Assembly (NCBI RefSeq): GCF_000012285.1
Contig: NC_007181.1
Coordinates: forward strand, 120,001-152,000
Reading direction: 5' to 3'
Length of the DNA stretch: 32,000 nucleotides
DNA from: Sulfolobus acidocaldarius DSM 639
GTDB taxonomy: Archaea; Thermoproteota; Thermoprotei_A; Sulfolobales; Sulfolobaceae
Shown: piece after piece, positions 15,347 through 26,704 of the stretch
Numbering within the stretch: position 1 is the stretch's first letter
Layout: every line of letters starts with the position of its first letter
Position numbers and translations under genes: made by a program
The notes under the pieces: generated by a model
What the model was told of the DNA's origin: nothing
Databases searched by the model: none
Seen by the model: only the letters and a program-made list of their open reading frames with translations

Positions 15347-16912
15347 ATGGCATTTGTAAACGAGAGAACGTATCAGAAGTACTTAGAAGAAGGGAGAGAA
15401 GAGGAATTTCACAAGGAATTCGACAAGGCTGTAAATGAATTATCATCGGGAATAGGAAAGGAATATCCATTAATTATAGGTAAAAGGGAGATAAGGACTA
15501 ATGAAAAAATAATTGTCACGGTCTCCTTTAATTCTGATTTAAGGTTAGGAATATTCCAGAAAGCAACTGAGAATGAGCTTAACGAAGCCATAGAAACTGC
15601 AGAAAATGCCTATAAGGAGTGGCAATATTCAGACTGGAAAGACAGGGTAGAGATTGCTATGAGAGCTGCTGAGTTAATGGCAAGACACAAATTCGCTCTG
15701 GCAGCCACAATTACCTTTGAAAATGGTAAAAATAGGTATGAAGCCATGGCTGAAGTCGACGAGACAATAGATTATCTTAGGTACTACGCCTATTTGTTAG
15801 AGGAGAATAGGGGATATATCAGGGAAATGGAGTCAAGAATTTACAAGAACGAGAAAGGATATAGCGTAATGAGACCTTATGGTACATGGTTTGTAGTCTC
15901 ACCGTTTAATTTTCCTTTAGCAATAACTGCTACCATGACTTTAGGCTCAGTGTTGACTGGTAATACAGCTATTGTAAAGCCTTCGTCAGATACACCGTTA
16001 TCAGCCTACAACCTAATACAGATTCTGAGAAGAGCAGGGTTACCTGATGGTGTGGTAAATTATTTGACTGGGAAAGGAAGCGAAATCGTTACTCCAGCTC
16101 TAAAGAGCAAGAGAATAGCTGGTCTAGCTTTCACAGGATCAAAGGATGTTGGGCATAAACTCGCAAAGGATTTTCTTGATGTAGACACTAGACCTATAGT
16201 CATGGAGCTAGGTGGTAAGAATGCTGTCATAGTTACCGATAAGGCAAATATAGACAAGGCTGTGGAAGGCGTATTTAGAGGTGCGTTTGGTTTTGGAGGG
16301 CAAAAGTGTAGTGCGAGCTCAAGAATTTATGTTGAAACTAATGTTTATGATACGTTTCTGAACAAGTTAGTGAATAGGACCAAAGAGGCGATTATAGGAG
16401 ACCCTACAAAGAAGGAGACATTTCTCGGTCCATTAATAAATTCTGATGCGGTATCAAAGTATGTTAAGTTTGTAGAGGAAGCTAAGAAGGGAGGGGGAGA
16501 GATTCTGTACGGTGGAGAAGTTATAGATGTGAAGAGACGGTTGGTTAAACCAACCATAGTATCCAATTTACCTCTATCTCATTGGTTATGGAAGACTGAG
16601 TTATTTGTACCTATAATTCTAGTTACTAAAATCGGTAGTCTTGAGGAAGGGGTTAAATTAGCAAATGATGTTGAATATGGATTAACTGCCGGAATATTCT
16701 CAGAGGATCAGAAAGAGATAGAATATTTCTTTAACAAGATTGAAGCTGGTGTAGTCTATGCAAATAGAATGGTAGGAGCTACTACTGGAGCAATGCCAGG
16801 AGTACAGCCATTTGGAGGCTGGAAACATTCAGGATGGACAGGTAAAAATGCTGGAGGACCTTACTATTTACTTTCCTTCATGAGGGAACAAGCAAGGACA
16901 ATGTATACATAA
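15347..16912 (+). CDS. Aldehyde dehydrogenase family, most like 1-pyrroline-5-carboxylate (L-glutamate gamma-semialdehyde) dehydrogenase
   Basis: It has the ALDH catalytic Glu (MELGGKN) and Cys (GQKCSASSR) motifs. The 521-aa length and N-terminal extension are typical of the PruA/RocA-type subgroup. Substrate assignment is by resemblance only. Confidence 0.8.
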   Translation: MAFVNERTYQKYLEEGREEEFHKEFDKAVNELSSGIGKEYPLIIGKREIRTNEKIIVTVSFNSDLRLGIFQKATENELNEAIETAENAYKEWQYSDWKDRVEIAMRAAELMARHKFALAATITFENGKNRYEAMAEVDETIDYLRYYAYLLEENRGYIREMESRIYKNEKGYSVMRPYGTWFVVSPFNFPLAITATMTLGSVLTGNTAIVKPSSDTPLSAYNLIQILRRAGLPDGVVNYLTGKGSEIVTPALKSKRIAGLAFTGSKDVGHKLAKDFLDVDTRPIVMELGGKNAVIVTDKANIDKAVEGVFRGAFGFGGQKCSASSRIYVETNVYDTFLNKLVNRTKEAIIGDPTKKETFLGPLINSDAVSKYVKFVEEAKKGGGEILYGGEVIDVKRRLVKPTIVSNLPLSHWLWKTELFVPIILVTKIGSLEEGVKLANDVEYGLTAGIFSEDQKEIEYFFNKIEAGVVYANRMVGATTGAMPGVQPFGGWKHSGWTGKNAGGPYYLLSFMREQARTMYT

Positions 16913-16961
16913 CTTATTTCGATTCAAGTAATATGGGAATATTCTTTTTCCTATCTTCTTT

Positions 16962-17603
16962 TTAACCTTTAGGTGTTATAATGAGTGTTATGTATTGTAC
17001 TTGGTAGTTATATACGTCGTAGACAGGGAGTAGAATAATAGTTACGGGCTTTACGTTAAGTATTTTAAGAGTTACGTTGTAGATTTGTATGTCTCCCTTC
17101 ATGCCTAAATACTGGTCATGGACCACTTCTACCCATCCTGTCATATTATATGTATATATTAATGTATTGTTGTTTGAGCACTGGCAGTATAAGTAGAAAT
17201 AAGTGACAGAATCGGGGTGTGCGACTATAAGATTAGGATATGTGTAGAAAAGTAAACTAGAGTTTAAGGGACTCATATTATTTACTTCATTTTGGTTAGT
17301 GAGCCCAAGATATAGGCTGGAGTTCAGCTTTTGTAAAATACTACTATTCGCAATTAGACCCAGCAAACTTAGTGTGTTACTAGTGTTAATCTTAGTGTTG
17401 TTCAATTGAATTATATAGGGTCTAACCACATTAGGCTTCTCCGCAGTTTGTGTCTGCGTTATATTTTGACTTTTATCGGTAGTCGTATAGTAGGTTGTAG
17501 GCTGAAATTTAAATTCTGATGGTGTAGTTATGTATATAACTAGAGCTGCAATTGATATGGAAAGTATTATACCTATAGCAGCTGCAATAACTGATACATT
17601 CAC
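16962..17603 (-). CDS. N-terminally membrane-anchored, sequon-rich extracellular protein, function unknown
   Basis: It has an N-terminal TM (VIAAAIGIILSISIAALVIYI), a Thr/Gln-rich linker and more than 10 N-x-S/T sequons. 213 aa. Confidence 0.6.
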   Translation of the reverse strand: MNVSVIAAAIGIILSISIAALVIYITTPSEFKFQPTTYYTTTDKSQNITQTQTAEKPNVVRPYIIQLNNTKINTSNTLSLLGLIANSSILQKLNSSLYLGLTNQNEVNNMSPLNSSLLFYTYPNLIVAHPDSVTYFYLYCQCSNNNTLIYTYNMTGWVEVVHDQYLGMKGDIQIYNVTLKILNVKPVTIILLPVYDVYNYQVQYITLIITPKG

Positions 17604-17734
17604 GAGTGTTCATATATTGAAATACTTTAAATATCTAATCCAAACTTTTCCGTATCTAATTCTAAACTCAAGAATGTTAATAATTGATTTTACATGAAAG
17701 TTCGAAAAAATAATAAATCAAATAAAATTTGATT

Positions 17735-18160
17735 TTAGCTACCTATTTTCTTGACATATTCTTTATACATACATCTGTCCTGAATAACTACTAAACCTGC
17801 TTTCCTAGCCTTCTCAGCTGCTTCATCATGTCTAATCCCTTCTTGCAGCCATATCACTTTAACATCTCCTTTCATCTTCACTCTCTCCAACACTTCATCA
17901 ACTATTTTTGGGACCTCACTTGAAGGTCTAAATACTTCAACCACTTCTATTTTCTCTGGTATATCGAGAATTGATTTGTAGCTTTTTCTTCCGAGTATCT
18001 CATTAACTGTAGGGTTTACGGGAATTACGTTATATCCTTTACTTATTAAGAATCTGGGAACTTCATGAGCGGGCTTTGACGGATCCTTGGAAAATCCTAT
18101 AGTTGCAATATTTTTATATTTCCTTAATACTTCTTCTATTACTTTCTCCTCGTCTACCAT
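17735..18160 (-). CDS. CoA-binding domain protein (YccU/YneT-like, CoA_binding_2)
   Basis: It has a 141-aa Rossmann-like pattern (IATIGFSKDPSKPAHEVPRFLISKGYNVIPVNP ... VEVFRP ... VIWLQEG) typical of this family. Confidence 0.85.
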   Translation of the reverse strand: MVDEEKVIEEVLRKYKNIATIGFSKDPSKPAHEVPRFLISKGYNVIPVNPTVNEILGRKSYKSILDIPEKIEVVEVFRPSSEVPKIVDEVLERVKMKGDVKVIWLQEGIRHDEAAEKARKAGLVVIQDRCMYKEYVKKIGS

Positions 18161-18312
18161 AGCATATTATTAATTTCTGAGTTAAAAATAATTTTGGTGA
18201 AGTACGTTTCCTTTTATTATAAAATTAAAGTAAAAGTAGATAGATGATTTTAAAATGGTAAAATTTAAAAAGTTTGAGATTTAAGTAAATTCTTAAGAGG
18301 GGAATAAAAATA

Positions 18313-18495
18313 ATGGATAAACTTGTTAAAGCGTCAGTATCTATAATAGTTGTATTACTAGGTGTATTCGTTTTCGTAAGTGGATTATTGGGTATTGTAA
18401 GGATAGCATCACCAGAGTTTCCTCCTTATTTAGGAATGCTATTAATGACAGTTGGGTCAATTAGCACCGCCTGTATACTCACGGAAAGAAAATAA
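18313..18495 (+). CDS. Small hypothetical membrane protein (60 aa, two hydrophobic helices)
   Basis: The ORF is preceded by a purine-rich gagggg element 10 nt upstream. It has two clear hydrophobic segments and no motif. Confidence 0.4.
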   Translation: MDKLVKASVSIIVVLLGVFVFVSGLLGIVRIASPEFPPYLGMLLMTVGSISTACILTERK

Positions 18496-18710
18496 GTTTT
18501 ACATCGAGGATATTTTTCAATCCTTACCATAAAACTTTGACCATCTCAAACTCATGTGGGGCGTTATTTTAGTTTGATTAATTTTTTATGACTAGAGGAA
18601 TATAGTTAAAGTTCTAGTTCACTCCTTCTTTAATTTTATTAGTGATCGACATGTATCTTAAAATCTTTACATCCGCAAGGTAAAAACATAAAAGGTAATA
18701 TGGTGGGTAC

Positions 18711-18804
<94 letters not shown>

Positions 18805-18855
18805 AATTACCAGAATTCATTTCCTAGATATGATTAAAATATTTTTCTCTCCTCA

Positions 18856-19191
18856 TTATTCATATTCACGCCATACCTTACCGCACTTAGTGCATTTATA
18901 AAATCTTGTAGCTGGTTCATCAGCACTCCTTGTTTGTAGTATCCAAAAGTACGCTTCATCATTTCCGCAAGAAGGACAGGATATTCCTCTAGTTAATTGC
19001 ACTCCTGTTTTTGGCATATCACTTTCTAACACAAGTGTCTTTTCCTTTGCAGAGTGCTTAATCACAGTTGTTATTTTAGCTTCTTTCTGATTCTCCGTGT
19101 CTATATATCCGCATTTAGAGCATTTGTATACGGTTTTACCATTCTCCTTTCTAGGCATCATCATAGAACCACATTTTGGACAGAACTTCAT
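18856..19191 (-). CDS. tfs: Transcription factor S (TFS; RNA polymerase subunit M/TFIIS-like)
   Basis: It has an N-terminal Zn ribbon (CPKCGSMM...CSKCGY) and a C-terminal TFIIS-type Zn ribbon (CPSCGNDEAYFWILQTRSADEPATRFYKCTKCG) with the acidic DE hairpin. Confidence 0.9.
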   Translation of the reverse strand: MKFCPKCGSMMMPRKENGKTVYKCSKCGYIDTENQKEAKITTVIKHSAKEKTLVLESDMPKTGVQLTRGISCPSCGNDEAYFWILQTRSADEPATRFYKCTKCGKVWREYE

Positions 19192-19217
19192 GACGTCTCA
19201 CCGGGCATAATAATAGT

Positions 19218-19466
19218 TTAAGTGCTAACGAGTTTATTTACTTTTCTTTTTATAGCTTTAACTATCGTTATGCATGTATCTTTTTCCTCTCCACTATCTA
19301 CAAAGATCTTTACTTCATCTTTAACTGGAGAATTTTCAAAGCTCTCTTTAAGCTTCTTCTCGTTCTCTTCAAATATTATTTTTTCGAGTATCTTTCCTCT
19401 GAATATGCATAAAGCGTAAAGGTCATCCTGATTAGCGATAACTGCTTTCCTTGTTTCTTTTTTCAA
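19218..19466 (-). CDS. Hypothetical protein (82 aa), translationally coupled to rpoL
   Basis: Its start overlaps the rpoL stop by 4 nt. The composition looks like real coding sequence, and the antisense ORF 19222-19419 is Ser/Phe/Leu-rich junk. No recognisable motif. Confidence 0.55.
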   Translation of the reverse strand: MKKETRKAVIANQDDLYALCIFRGKILEKIIFEENEKKLKESFENSPVKDEVKIFVDSGEEKDTCITIVKAIKRKVNKLVST

Positions 19467-19735
19467 ATTTTTTTCACTTCATCTATGAATAGATTGGCAT
19501 AGTTTTCAGCCAACTCTATTGCTTTAATTAATGCCTCCCTTGCTGATATACTTCCATCGGTCAAGATCTTAATCGTTATACTAGTTATAAGTGGATGAGG
19601 CAAGGAATAGGCAGCAAATTTCACTCCTGGTACCTTCAAAAGCATTCCCTTAAGTAAGTTGCCTATTGTGTGTTCCTCTCCGTCTATTTGTAATTCTAAA
19701 TAATTTTGTTCCTCTTTTATTACTTTAATTTCCAC
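19463..19735 (-). CDS. rpoL: DNA-directed RNA polymerase subunit L (Rpo11)
   Basis: 90 aa with the conserved EDHTLGNLL-like core (EEHTIGNLLKGML) and the YSLPHPL motif. Confidence 0.9.
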   Translation of the reverse strand: MEIKVIKEEQNYLELQIDGEEHTIGNLLKGMLLKVPGVKFAAYSLPHPLITSITIKILTDGSISAREALIKAIELAENYANLFIDEVKKI

Positions 19736-20291
19736 CTTTCTTCACCGTAAATGCCAGTTTTCTTGTCTCAATATTTCCACAGTCTGGGCATTTTAAATGT
19801 TCTTCGTCTTGCCTCTGTAAGGGACTTCCACAGATTGAGCACTTAGCAGAGATCACTCCCAAGTCTCTCTGTTTGATCGTTAAAGGAACCGGAATAATGT
19901 AGTTTATTGGTTTAGCTCTTATGATATCACCAACTCTCATGGCATCTGAAATAGTGTTCAGATACTTGCTAGATATTTGTGAGATGTGTATGTAACCGCT
20001 CAGGGTAGTTACTAATGACTTATCCTCTAAACTCTGAATGTTAATTATAGCTGAATCCTCTTTAATTCCTACCACTATTCCAAGAACATATTTACTCTTC
20101 TTTAGTGATAGAATACCCGGTTTTTTGAATCCAATGGAGTTAACTTTCCTGTTTATCATATCATAGAAAGCTTTACCTACAACGCTTGAGTAAACGGTAC
20201 CATTAAACTCATAAGTTCCTTCACCGGTTGTGAACTCCTCAATTACACTCAGTTCCTCTCCTGGCAAAAGCAATTCTCCTTGATTCTTCAA
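19725..20291 (-). CDS. csl4: Exosome complex RNA-binding protein Csl4
   Basis: It has an N-terminal domain (LPGEELSVIEEF), a central S1 fold and a C-terminal Zn ribbon (CSICGSPL...CPDCGN). It sits next to rpoL, as is common in archaea. TTG start. Confidence 0.85.
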   Translation of the reverse strand: MKNQGELLLPGEELSVIEEFTTGEGTYEFNGTVYSSVVGKAFYDMINRKVNSIGFKKPGILSLKKSKYVLGIVVGIKEDSAIINIQSLEDKSLVTTLSGYIHISQISSKYLNTISDAMRVGDIIRAKPINYIIPVPLTIKQRDLGVISAKCSICGSPLQRQDEEHLKCPDCGNIETRKLAFTVKKGGN

Positions 20292-20297
20292 GTTTCT

Positions 20298-21298
20298 TCA
20301 CCACGGAAATATATACTCATCCAACTTACTAAAAATTATCATTTTTGCTTCTCCCGGTGTGAGAACAGGCTTTTCATATTCAAAAAGATCATCTATGGGC
20401 AGTCTAGGGCAGGAGGTAACTATGAAACTATCTATTTCAGGGTTATCTATATTTCTGAGGGCATCAACGTTAAGGCTTCTATTAGTTATTATGAAAACCT
20501 TGTACCCCTTTTCCTCCAGTTTCTTTTGAAGATATTTCACCATTAAAGGTCTATTTTGCCCTGTCTTAACTCCCTGTATTATAGCCCAATTTCTCGAGTC
20601 TAAGGCTTTCATTATTTTTCCGTATCTGATCTTGAGAATCCTATAAACTTCATCTGTAAGATCTTCATTTTTACTTGTATAAGGATCTAATTTGACTATT
20701 GGTTTCCTTGTCGTCAGACCTACACCTAAAGCGTGAAACACTCCCCCTGAAACGTTTACATAAACGTCTGCACTTGAGTTCACTACTGCCTTATAATCGC
20801 AACCTAATATCTGTCCATCGTGCATGAATGGAGACGAGGGTTTACCAATAATAACGTTAAACTGTGACTGCATCTTTTCTTTAATCTTTGGAAGTAGGTG
20901 AGAGTGTTGGATTGTCGACGATAACGAAACTGTTCTTGGATTATACTTCTCGTTAATGTATTGAATAAGTTTCTCTATTTGCTCCTCCTCTACATTTAAC
21001 TTACTTTTCAATTCAATGAACAATGTTGGAAATTTAGGGTAATACCAAGTATAAGGAGTATGTCCAAAATGTATAATTAAGTCTACTCCTAATGTTCTAG
21101 CCTCGTCTTCAGCGACATCACAAGCTCCCCAGCTAGCATCTGAGGAGATTACGAACTCTATATCCTTTGCTGTTTCTCTTAATCTTTCCAGAAGACCTAT
21201 AGAAAAAGGTTTTATACCTTCAGGGAATTGGAGCAGAACTTTCTTAGCACTTCTTTTACGTATTTCTTCAATTATCTTATCTACTTCAAAATCATAAC

Positions 21299-21302
<4 letters not shown>
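20298..21302 (-). CDS. dph2: 2-(3-amino-3-carboxypropyl)histidine synthase (diphthamide biosynthesis protein Dph2)
   Basis: 334 aa with the Dph2 family pattern (VLLQFPEG..., WGACD, HFGH, and conserved Cys residues for the 4Fe-4S cluster). Confidence 0.9.
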
Positions 21303-21829
<527 letters not shown>

Positions 21830-21859
21830 ATGTAGATGTATATGACAAAGTTTAAAATC

Positions 21860-22120
21860 TTAACTACTGCTCTTTCCTACCTCTTTTAATGTCTTCTCAA
21901 TCGCATTAATGTGTTGTAGAATCTCGTCAATAGTATTTCTTAGGGTCAAAACATCCCTAGGATCCTTAATAGGCATTTCAACTTCTAGTGTTAAACTCTC
22001 TTTGTCTGAATGAAGATTTATTTGCATATCTCTGGGTAAATCTACGTTATCCACTTCTAAGCTTTTCATAATGATTTTACTAGCTTCAGTGGAAATCTTA
22101 ACTGAAATCTTTATTTTCAA
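21860..22120 (-). CDS. pcc1: KEOPS complex subunit Pcc1-like
   Basis: 86 aa with a beta-beta-beta-alpha pattern and the conserved LR-containing C-terminal helix (LTLRNTIDEILQHI), comparable to archaeal Pcc1. The call is by resemblance only. Confidence 0.6.
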   Translation of the reverse strand: MKIKISVKISTEASKIIMKSLEVDNVDLPRDMQINLHSDKESLTLEVEMPIKDPRDVLTLRNTIDEILQHINAIEKTLKEVGKSSS

Positions 22121-23135
22121 CTTTTATCAATCCCTCTTTTGAGGAATAAGGCATAAAATATCTACTTGTATACATTATTTCGCCATTTTTAAGTACAACA
22201 GGCTTGTCCCTCTTAACTTTACCTTGTTGAGAGTAGATAATATACGCAAGCAACGGCGACTTCAGGTCAGTGCTTATAAGATAATACCTACTAAAGTCCA
22301 CTATACTGTCAACTCTATATCCTCTTGCCATCTCGTCTCTGAATCTTGTAATTAAGGTCTCACTGTAACTAGGTGTCATAACTACCTGAAAAAGCTCCCC
22401 TACACCTTTCAAATCAAGGAAATACATAGCGGAAAAGGCTAGCTCTAGCGAATCATAATCCATGTACAAAATCCTATCCGTGATCAGATCATTTCTAGAA
22501 AATTTCGGATTTACTTTAATTACGCTATTAGTTATTTTGTAAAGCAATGTGTTTAGCTTTGTCTCATTGATTTCCTCTAGTCTCTCAGTTTCGTTAATTC
22601 CTATCTCCTTCAAGGCTTTTATTGTGCCTTCCCTGTTTCCACTCATTCCTGGTATATAGGGATCAAAGGATATGGTAAGGGAGAAGAATAGAGGCAAGTT
22701 TTTATAGTTAGGGATCTTAAGGTTCTTCTCTACTGAAACTCCTAAATTTTTCATGTCTTCGATCACGCTCTTCTCCACATTAGTAAGTTCCCGTCTTTCA
22801 ACTATTAATGACGACACAATACCTATAATCATTGGAAGTAAGTCCTCAGAAGATAAGGGGAATATAGATGAAAAGGATGTGCTTCCTAGGAAGTATGTTT
22901 TATCTTTAAATTTTATTAGTCTATCTCCGTTTGAGTTTTGTTCTAACTTTACTGGACACTCTGAGTTAAATGTCAACATGAAACTTGAATGAGCATATTT
23001 TCCTAATAGAAAGGACGCTATTAAAGAGTCAATTGTATAAGATGATTTCACGCATAAAGGCTTAGGATAGGATATTATCTCACTAACTAAGTTTCTAAGT
23101 TCCTCCTTGGAGGGCTCATTTAAGAAACTTTCCAA
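22098..23135 (-). CDS. RecJ-like DHH-fold protein lacking obvious catalytic motifs; candidate Cdc45/RecJdbh homologue (CMG helicase accessory)
   Basis: 345 aa with no DHH/GGGH catalytic strings visible. From memory, Saccharolobus solfataricus RecJdbh is encoded immediately upstream of the tkt/aro cluster, which matches this position. Sequence identity could not be verified. Confidence 0.45.
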   Translation of the reverse strand: MESFLNEPSKEELRNLVSEIISYPKPLCVKSSYTIDSLIASFLLGKYAHSSFMLTFNSECPVKLEQNSNGDRLIKFKDKTYFLGSTSFSSIFPLSSEDLLPMIIGIVSSLIVERRELTNVEKSVIEDMKNLGVSVEKNLKIPNYKNLPLFFSLTISFDPYIPGMSGNREGTIKALKEIGINETERLEEINETKLNTLLYKITNSVIKVNPKFSRNDLITDRILYMDYDSLELAFSAMYFLDLKGVGELFQVVMTPSYSETLITRFRDEMARGYRVDSIVDFSRYYLISTDLKSPLLAYIIYSQQGKVKRDKPVVLKNGEIMYTSRYFMPYSSKEGLIKVENKDFS

Positions 23136-24070
23136 ACTTCCTTCACCTTCTCTCTTAGCTCCGAGAATTTTATATCATTTACAAAAATTAGCCCTAACGA
23201 ATAAGCTATTAGTTCAAGTATTCTTACAACTAGGACTAAACTGGGAGGGATAATTGCGGTAAGGGCTAATTCTGCGGCTCCTGCTGCAGAGGGAATAGGT
23301 ACTAATAAGGATACTTGGTAAGTAATGTTTATTATTATAGATTTAAGATAAGAACTAAATATGAGATAAAATGGTAAGGACTGTAATATATAACCTATAA
23401 CGGTCAAAGCAGAGTAAAAGGACGCCATTTTCACGTTAGAAAGTCTATCTTTAATAAGCCACTTACTATCTAAGTAAGCTCTTTCCAAAGGCTTAATGTA
23501 CTTAAATGTGAATATCTTTTGTTCTAGCCTGTTCAACGTTTCGTGAGAGGTTCCATAAACGTAACCAAAGCCTGCTATCCACATTGCTACGTTAAAAAAA
23601 GCAACGAAAACGAATATAGTTAATAGTGGAGAGAACCTAAGCCAAAATAATATTAAGAACATCACTGAAACTACTGTGACATCAAAAAAGGACTCTATTA
23701 GCGAGATTGAAAATGCTTTGTCCAATGAGATACCTTTTTTTGTGTATAGTATAGCTCTAGCTAAATCGGGTCCTGCTGCGCCAGGAATAATGAGGCTTAT
23801 TCCATTACCGAACAATCTTGCCTTAAAGGAAGTGAAGAAGTTTACCTTAGAAATCATTGAATCTCTATACGCTAATATGAGGCATTGCGTAATATAAGAT
23901 AGGAAAAAAAGTACAACAAAAACTGGATCCATAGATAGAAATACATCGATGAGATCAATTTTGAATATAAGGGCATATCCAATGATCACTGCAATAGGCA
24001 GAACAGCAACTATTACTAATTTTCTTTCCACAACTAGATTATCTATTAGACTTTTTAAAGCATTTTCCAC
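23120..24070 (-). CDS. Polytopic membrane protein, UPF0104/flippase-like (LPG-synthase TM region-like) family
   Basis: It has about 8 hydrophobic helices and the motif FGNGISLIIPGAAGPDLARAILY, which resembles the conserved P-G...G-E/D..R loop of UPF0104. Confidence 0.5.
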   Translation of the reverse strand: MENALKSLIDNLVVERKLVIVAVLPIAVIIGYALIFKIDLIDVFLSMDPVFVVLFFLSYITQCLILAYRDSMISKVNFFTSFKARLFGNGISLIIPGAAGPDLARAILYTKKGISLDKAFSISLIESFFDVTVVSVMFLILFWLRFSPLLTIFVFVAFFNVAMWIAGFGYVYGTSHETLNRLEQKIFTFKYIKPLERAYLDSKWLIKDRLSNVKMASFYSALTVIGYILQSLPFYLIFSSYLKSIIINITYQVSLLVPIPSAAGAAELALTAIIPPSLVLVVRILELIAYSLGLIFVNDIKFSELREKVKEVWKVS

Positions 24071-24923
24071 TGGGGTAACAAATTACTAGATTTCCGTTTT
24101 CTTCATCTCTAACTAGAAACTCATGACTTTCTATGTCTAATCTGCTCAATCCGCATGAGGGTTGTTTCATTCTTCCATCTAGAAAGTCAAACCTTTCTAA
24201 GGAACATGTAGGGCATTTATCGTTCTTACTTATTTTCACATTGTCTATCCTAAGCTCTCTGGTGTCTAAATAGTACAAAGAGTGTAAATTAGCTTGGTTT
24301 CTCAGGTGGTTTAACATTAACTGAACCTGAAGGGAAGCAGTTATGGAAATTACCGTATCAAGTGTTCCTATAGTTTCACACGCATTTACTTCGTTCTCAT
24401 GTTCGTCGTAGTTCATAAAGCATCTTAAACAGGGTCCTTCTCTAGGTACTATCAGCATTACCGAAGAGTACTCTCCCATTACCCCGCCGTAAACTAGTGG
24501 AATTCTCAGTTTCACTGCTACATCATTTAGCAAAAATCTGTAGTACAAATTATCCAGTGCATCAAATATATAATCACTATCCTTGAGCATCTCTTCGGCA
24601 TTATTTGAATCTATTATATCATTAACGACCTCAACTTTAATTCCTGAGTTAATTTTCCTTATTTTTTCTGCACATACAGTAGCTTTAGGTTTCCCAATAT
24701 CACTCTCCTCGAACAAGTGAGTTCTGTGAAGATTGGTTACCTCCACTATATCAGCATCGATAAGCTTGATTTTTCCCACGCCCAGTCTGGCTAATAGTTC
24801 GGCTAGAGTAGTACCTAAGGCTCCACAGCCTACTATTGCTATTTTAAGCTGGCTTATCTTTTCCTGAACTCCAAGTCCCAATACAAGTAATTGTCTAGCA
24901 TATCTTTCCATTAGCTTAGTCAC
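24039..24923 (-). CDS. ThiF/MoeB/HesA-family E1-like adenylyltransferase (ubiquitin-like protein activating enzyme)
   Basis: The sequence RYARQLLVLG...IAIVGCGALGTTLAELLARLGVGKIKLIDADIVEVTNLHRT gives a nucleotide-binding GxGxxG fold. Two CxxC pairs (CLRC, CPTC) fit the structural Zn site. Confidence 0.85.
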   Translation of the reverse strand: MTKLMERYARQLLVLGLGVQEKISQLKIAIVGCGALGTTLAELLARLGVGKIKLIDADIVEVTNLHRTHLFEESDIGKPKATVCAEKIRKINSGIKVEVVNDIIDSNNAEEMLKDSDYIFDALDNLYYRFLLNDVAVKLRIPLVYGGVMGEYSSVMLIVPREGPCLRCFMNYDEHENEVNACETIGTLDTVISITASLQVQLMLNHLRNQANLHSLYYLDTRELRIDNVKISKNDKCPTCSLERFDFLDGRMKQPSCGLSRLDIESHEFLVRDEENGNLVICYPSGKCFKKSNR

Positions 24924-24975
24924 TATAAAGCTTATAACTGAGTAGTATAAATTCTGTTGGGGGCTAGATTTTGCG

Positions 24976-25786
<811 letters not shown>

Positions 25787-25794
<8 letters not shown>

Positions 25795-26704
25795 TACATT
25801 CGGCAAATTACTAGTGGAAATGGGAGAGAAGCTAAAGGACATAGTGGTAATAACTGCTGATGTGGGCGACTCAAGCAGAGCATCCTATTTCAAGGAGAAA
25901 TTTCCTGACAGGTACTTTAATGTTGGTATCTCAGAGCAGGACATGATAGACTTTGCAGCAGGTCTTTCAGCAACTGGATTTAAGCCAGTTGTAGTTGATT
26001 TTGCAATGTTTTTAATGAGAGCATGGGAGCAGATTAGGAATGCTGTAGCTAGGATGAACTTGGATGTGAAGTTTGTGGTTACGCATTCAGGGTATAGTGA
26101 TAGTGGTGACGGATCAAGTCATCAATGCTTAGAAGATATATCCTTAATGAGAGTATTACCCAATATGAAGGTAATAATACCTGCAGACCCAGCAGATATA
26201 AGGAGAAGTTTTCCCGTGATAATGGAAGAACTAAGAGGACCATTATACTATAGAGTCGGAAGGGAGTATTCACCGTCAATCACTGATGGTTTAGAATATG
26301 ATTTCAAGTTAGGCAAAGCTTACGTGCTTAAGGAAGGAGATGACGTTGCAATAATGGGTGCGGGAGTAGTCCTTTGGGACGCATTAAGGGCTGCAGAGGA
26401 ACTTGAAAAGAAGGGAATAAGTGCGTCAGTGATCAACCTATTATCAATAAAACCAATCGATGAGCAGACCATAGAATATTATGCTAGAAAAACAGGAAGG
26501 ATTGTCACTATTGAGGAGCATAGTATCTATGGAGGCATAGGCTCTGCAGTGTCTGAGGTGGTGGTTAAGAGATACCCGGTTCCTATGAGGTTTGTAGGGG
26601 CTACTGGTTTTGGAAGGAGTGCGAGGAGTCAGAGAGACTTACTGGACTTTTACGGAATAAATTACAAATCGATAATAAGTTCTGTAATGGAGTTGTTGAA
26701 ATGA
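25787..26704 (+). CDS. tkt: Transketolase, C-terminal (pyrimidine-binding) subunit
   Basis: The sequence [13 protein letters not shown]...[10 protein letters not shown]...[14 protein letters not shown] fits the family. The ATG at 25787 overlaps the upstream stop (ATGCGTGA) and matches the family N-terminus better than the track start at 25763. Confidence 0.9.
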
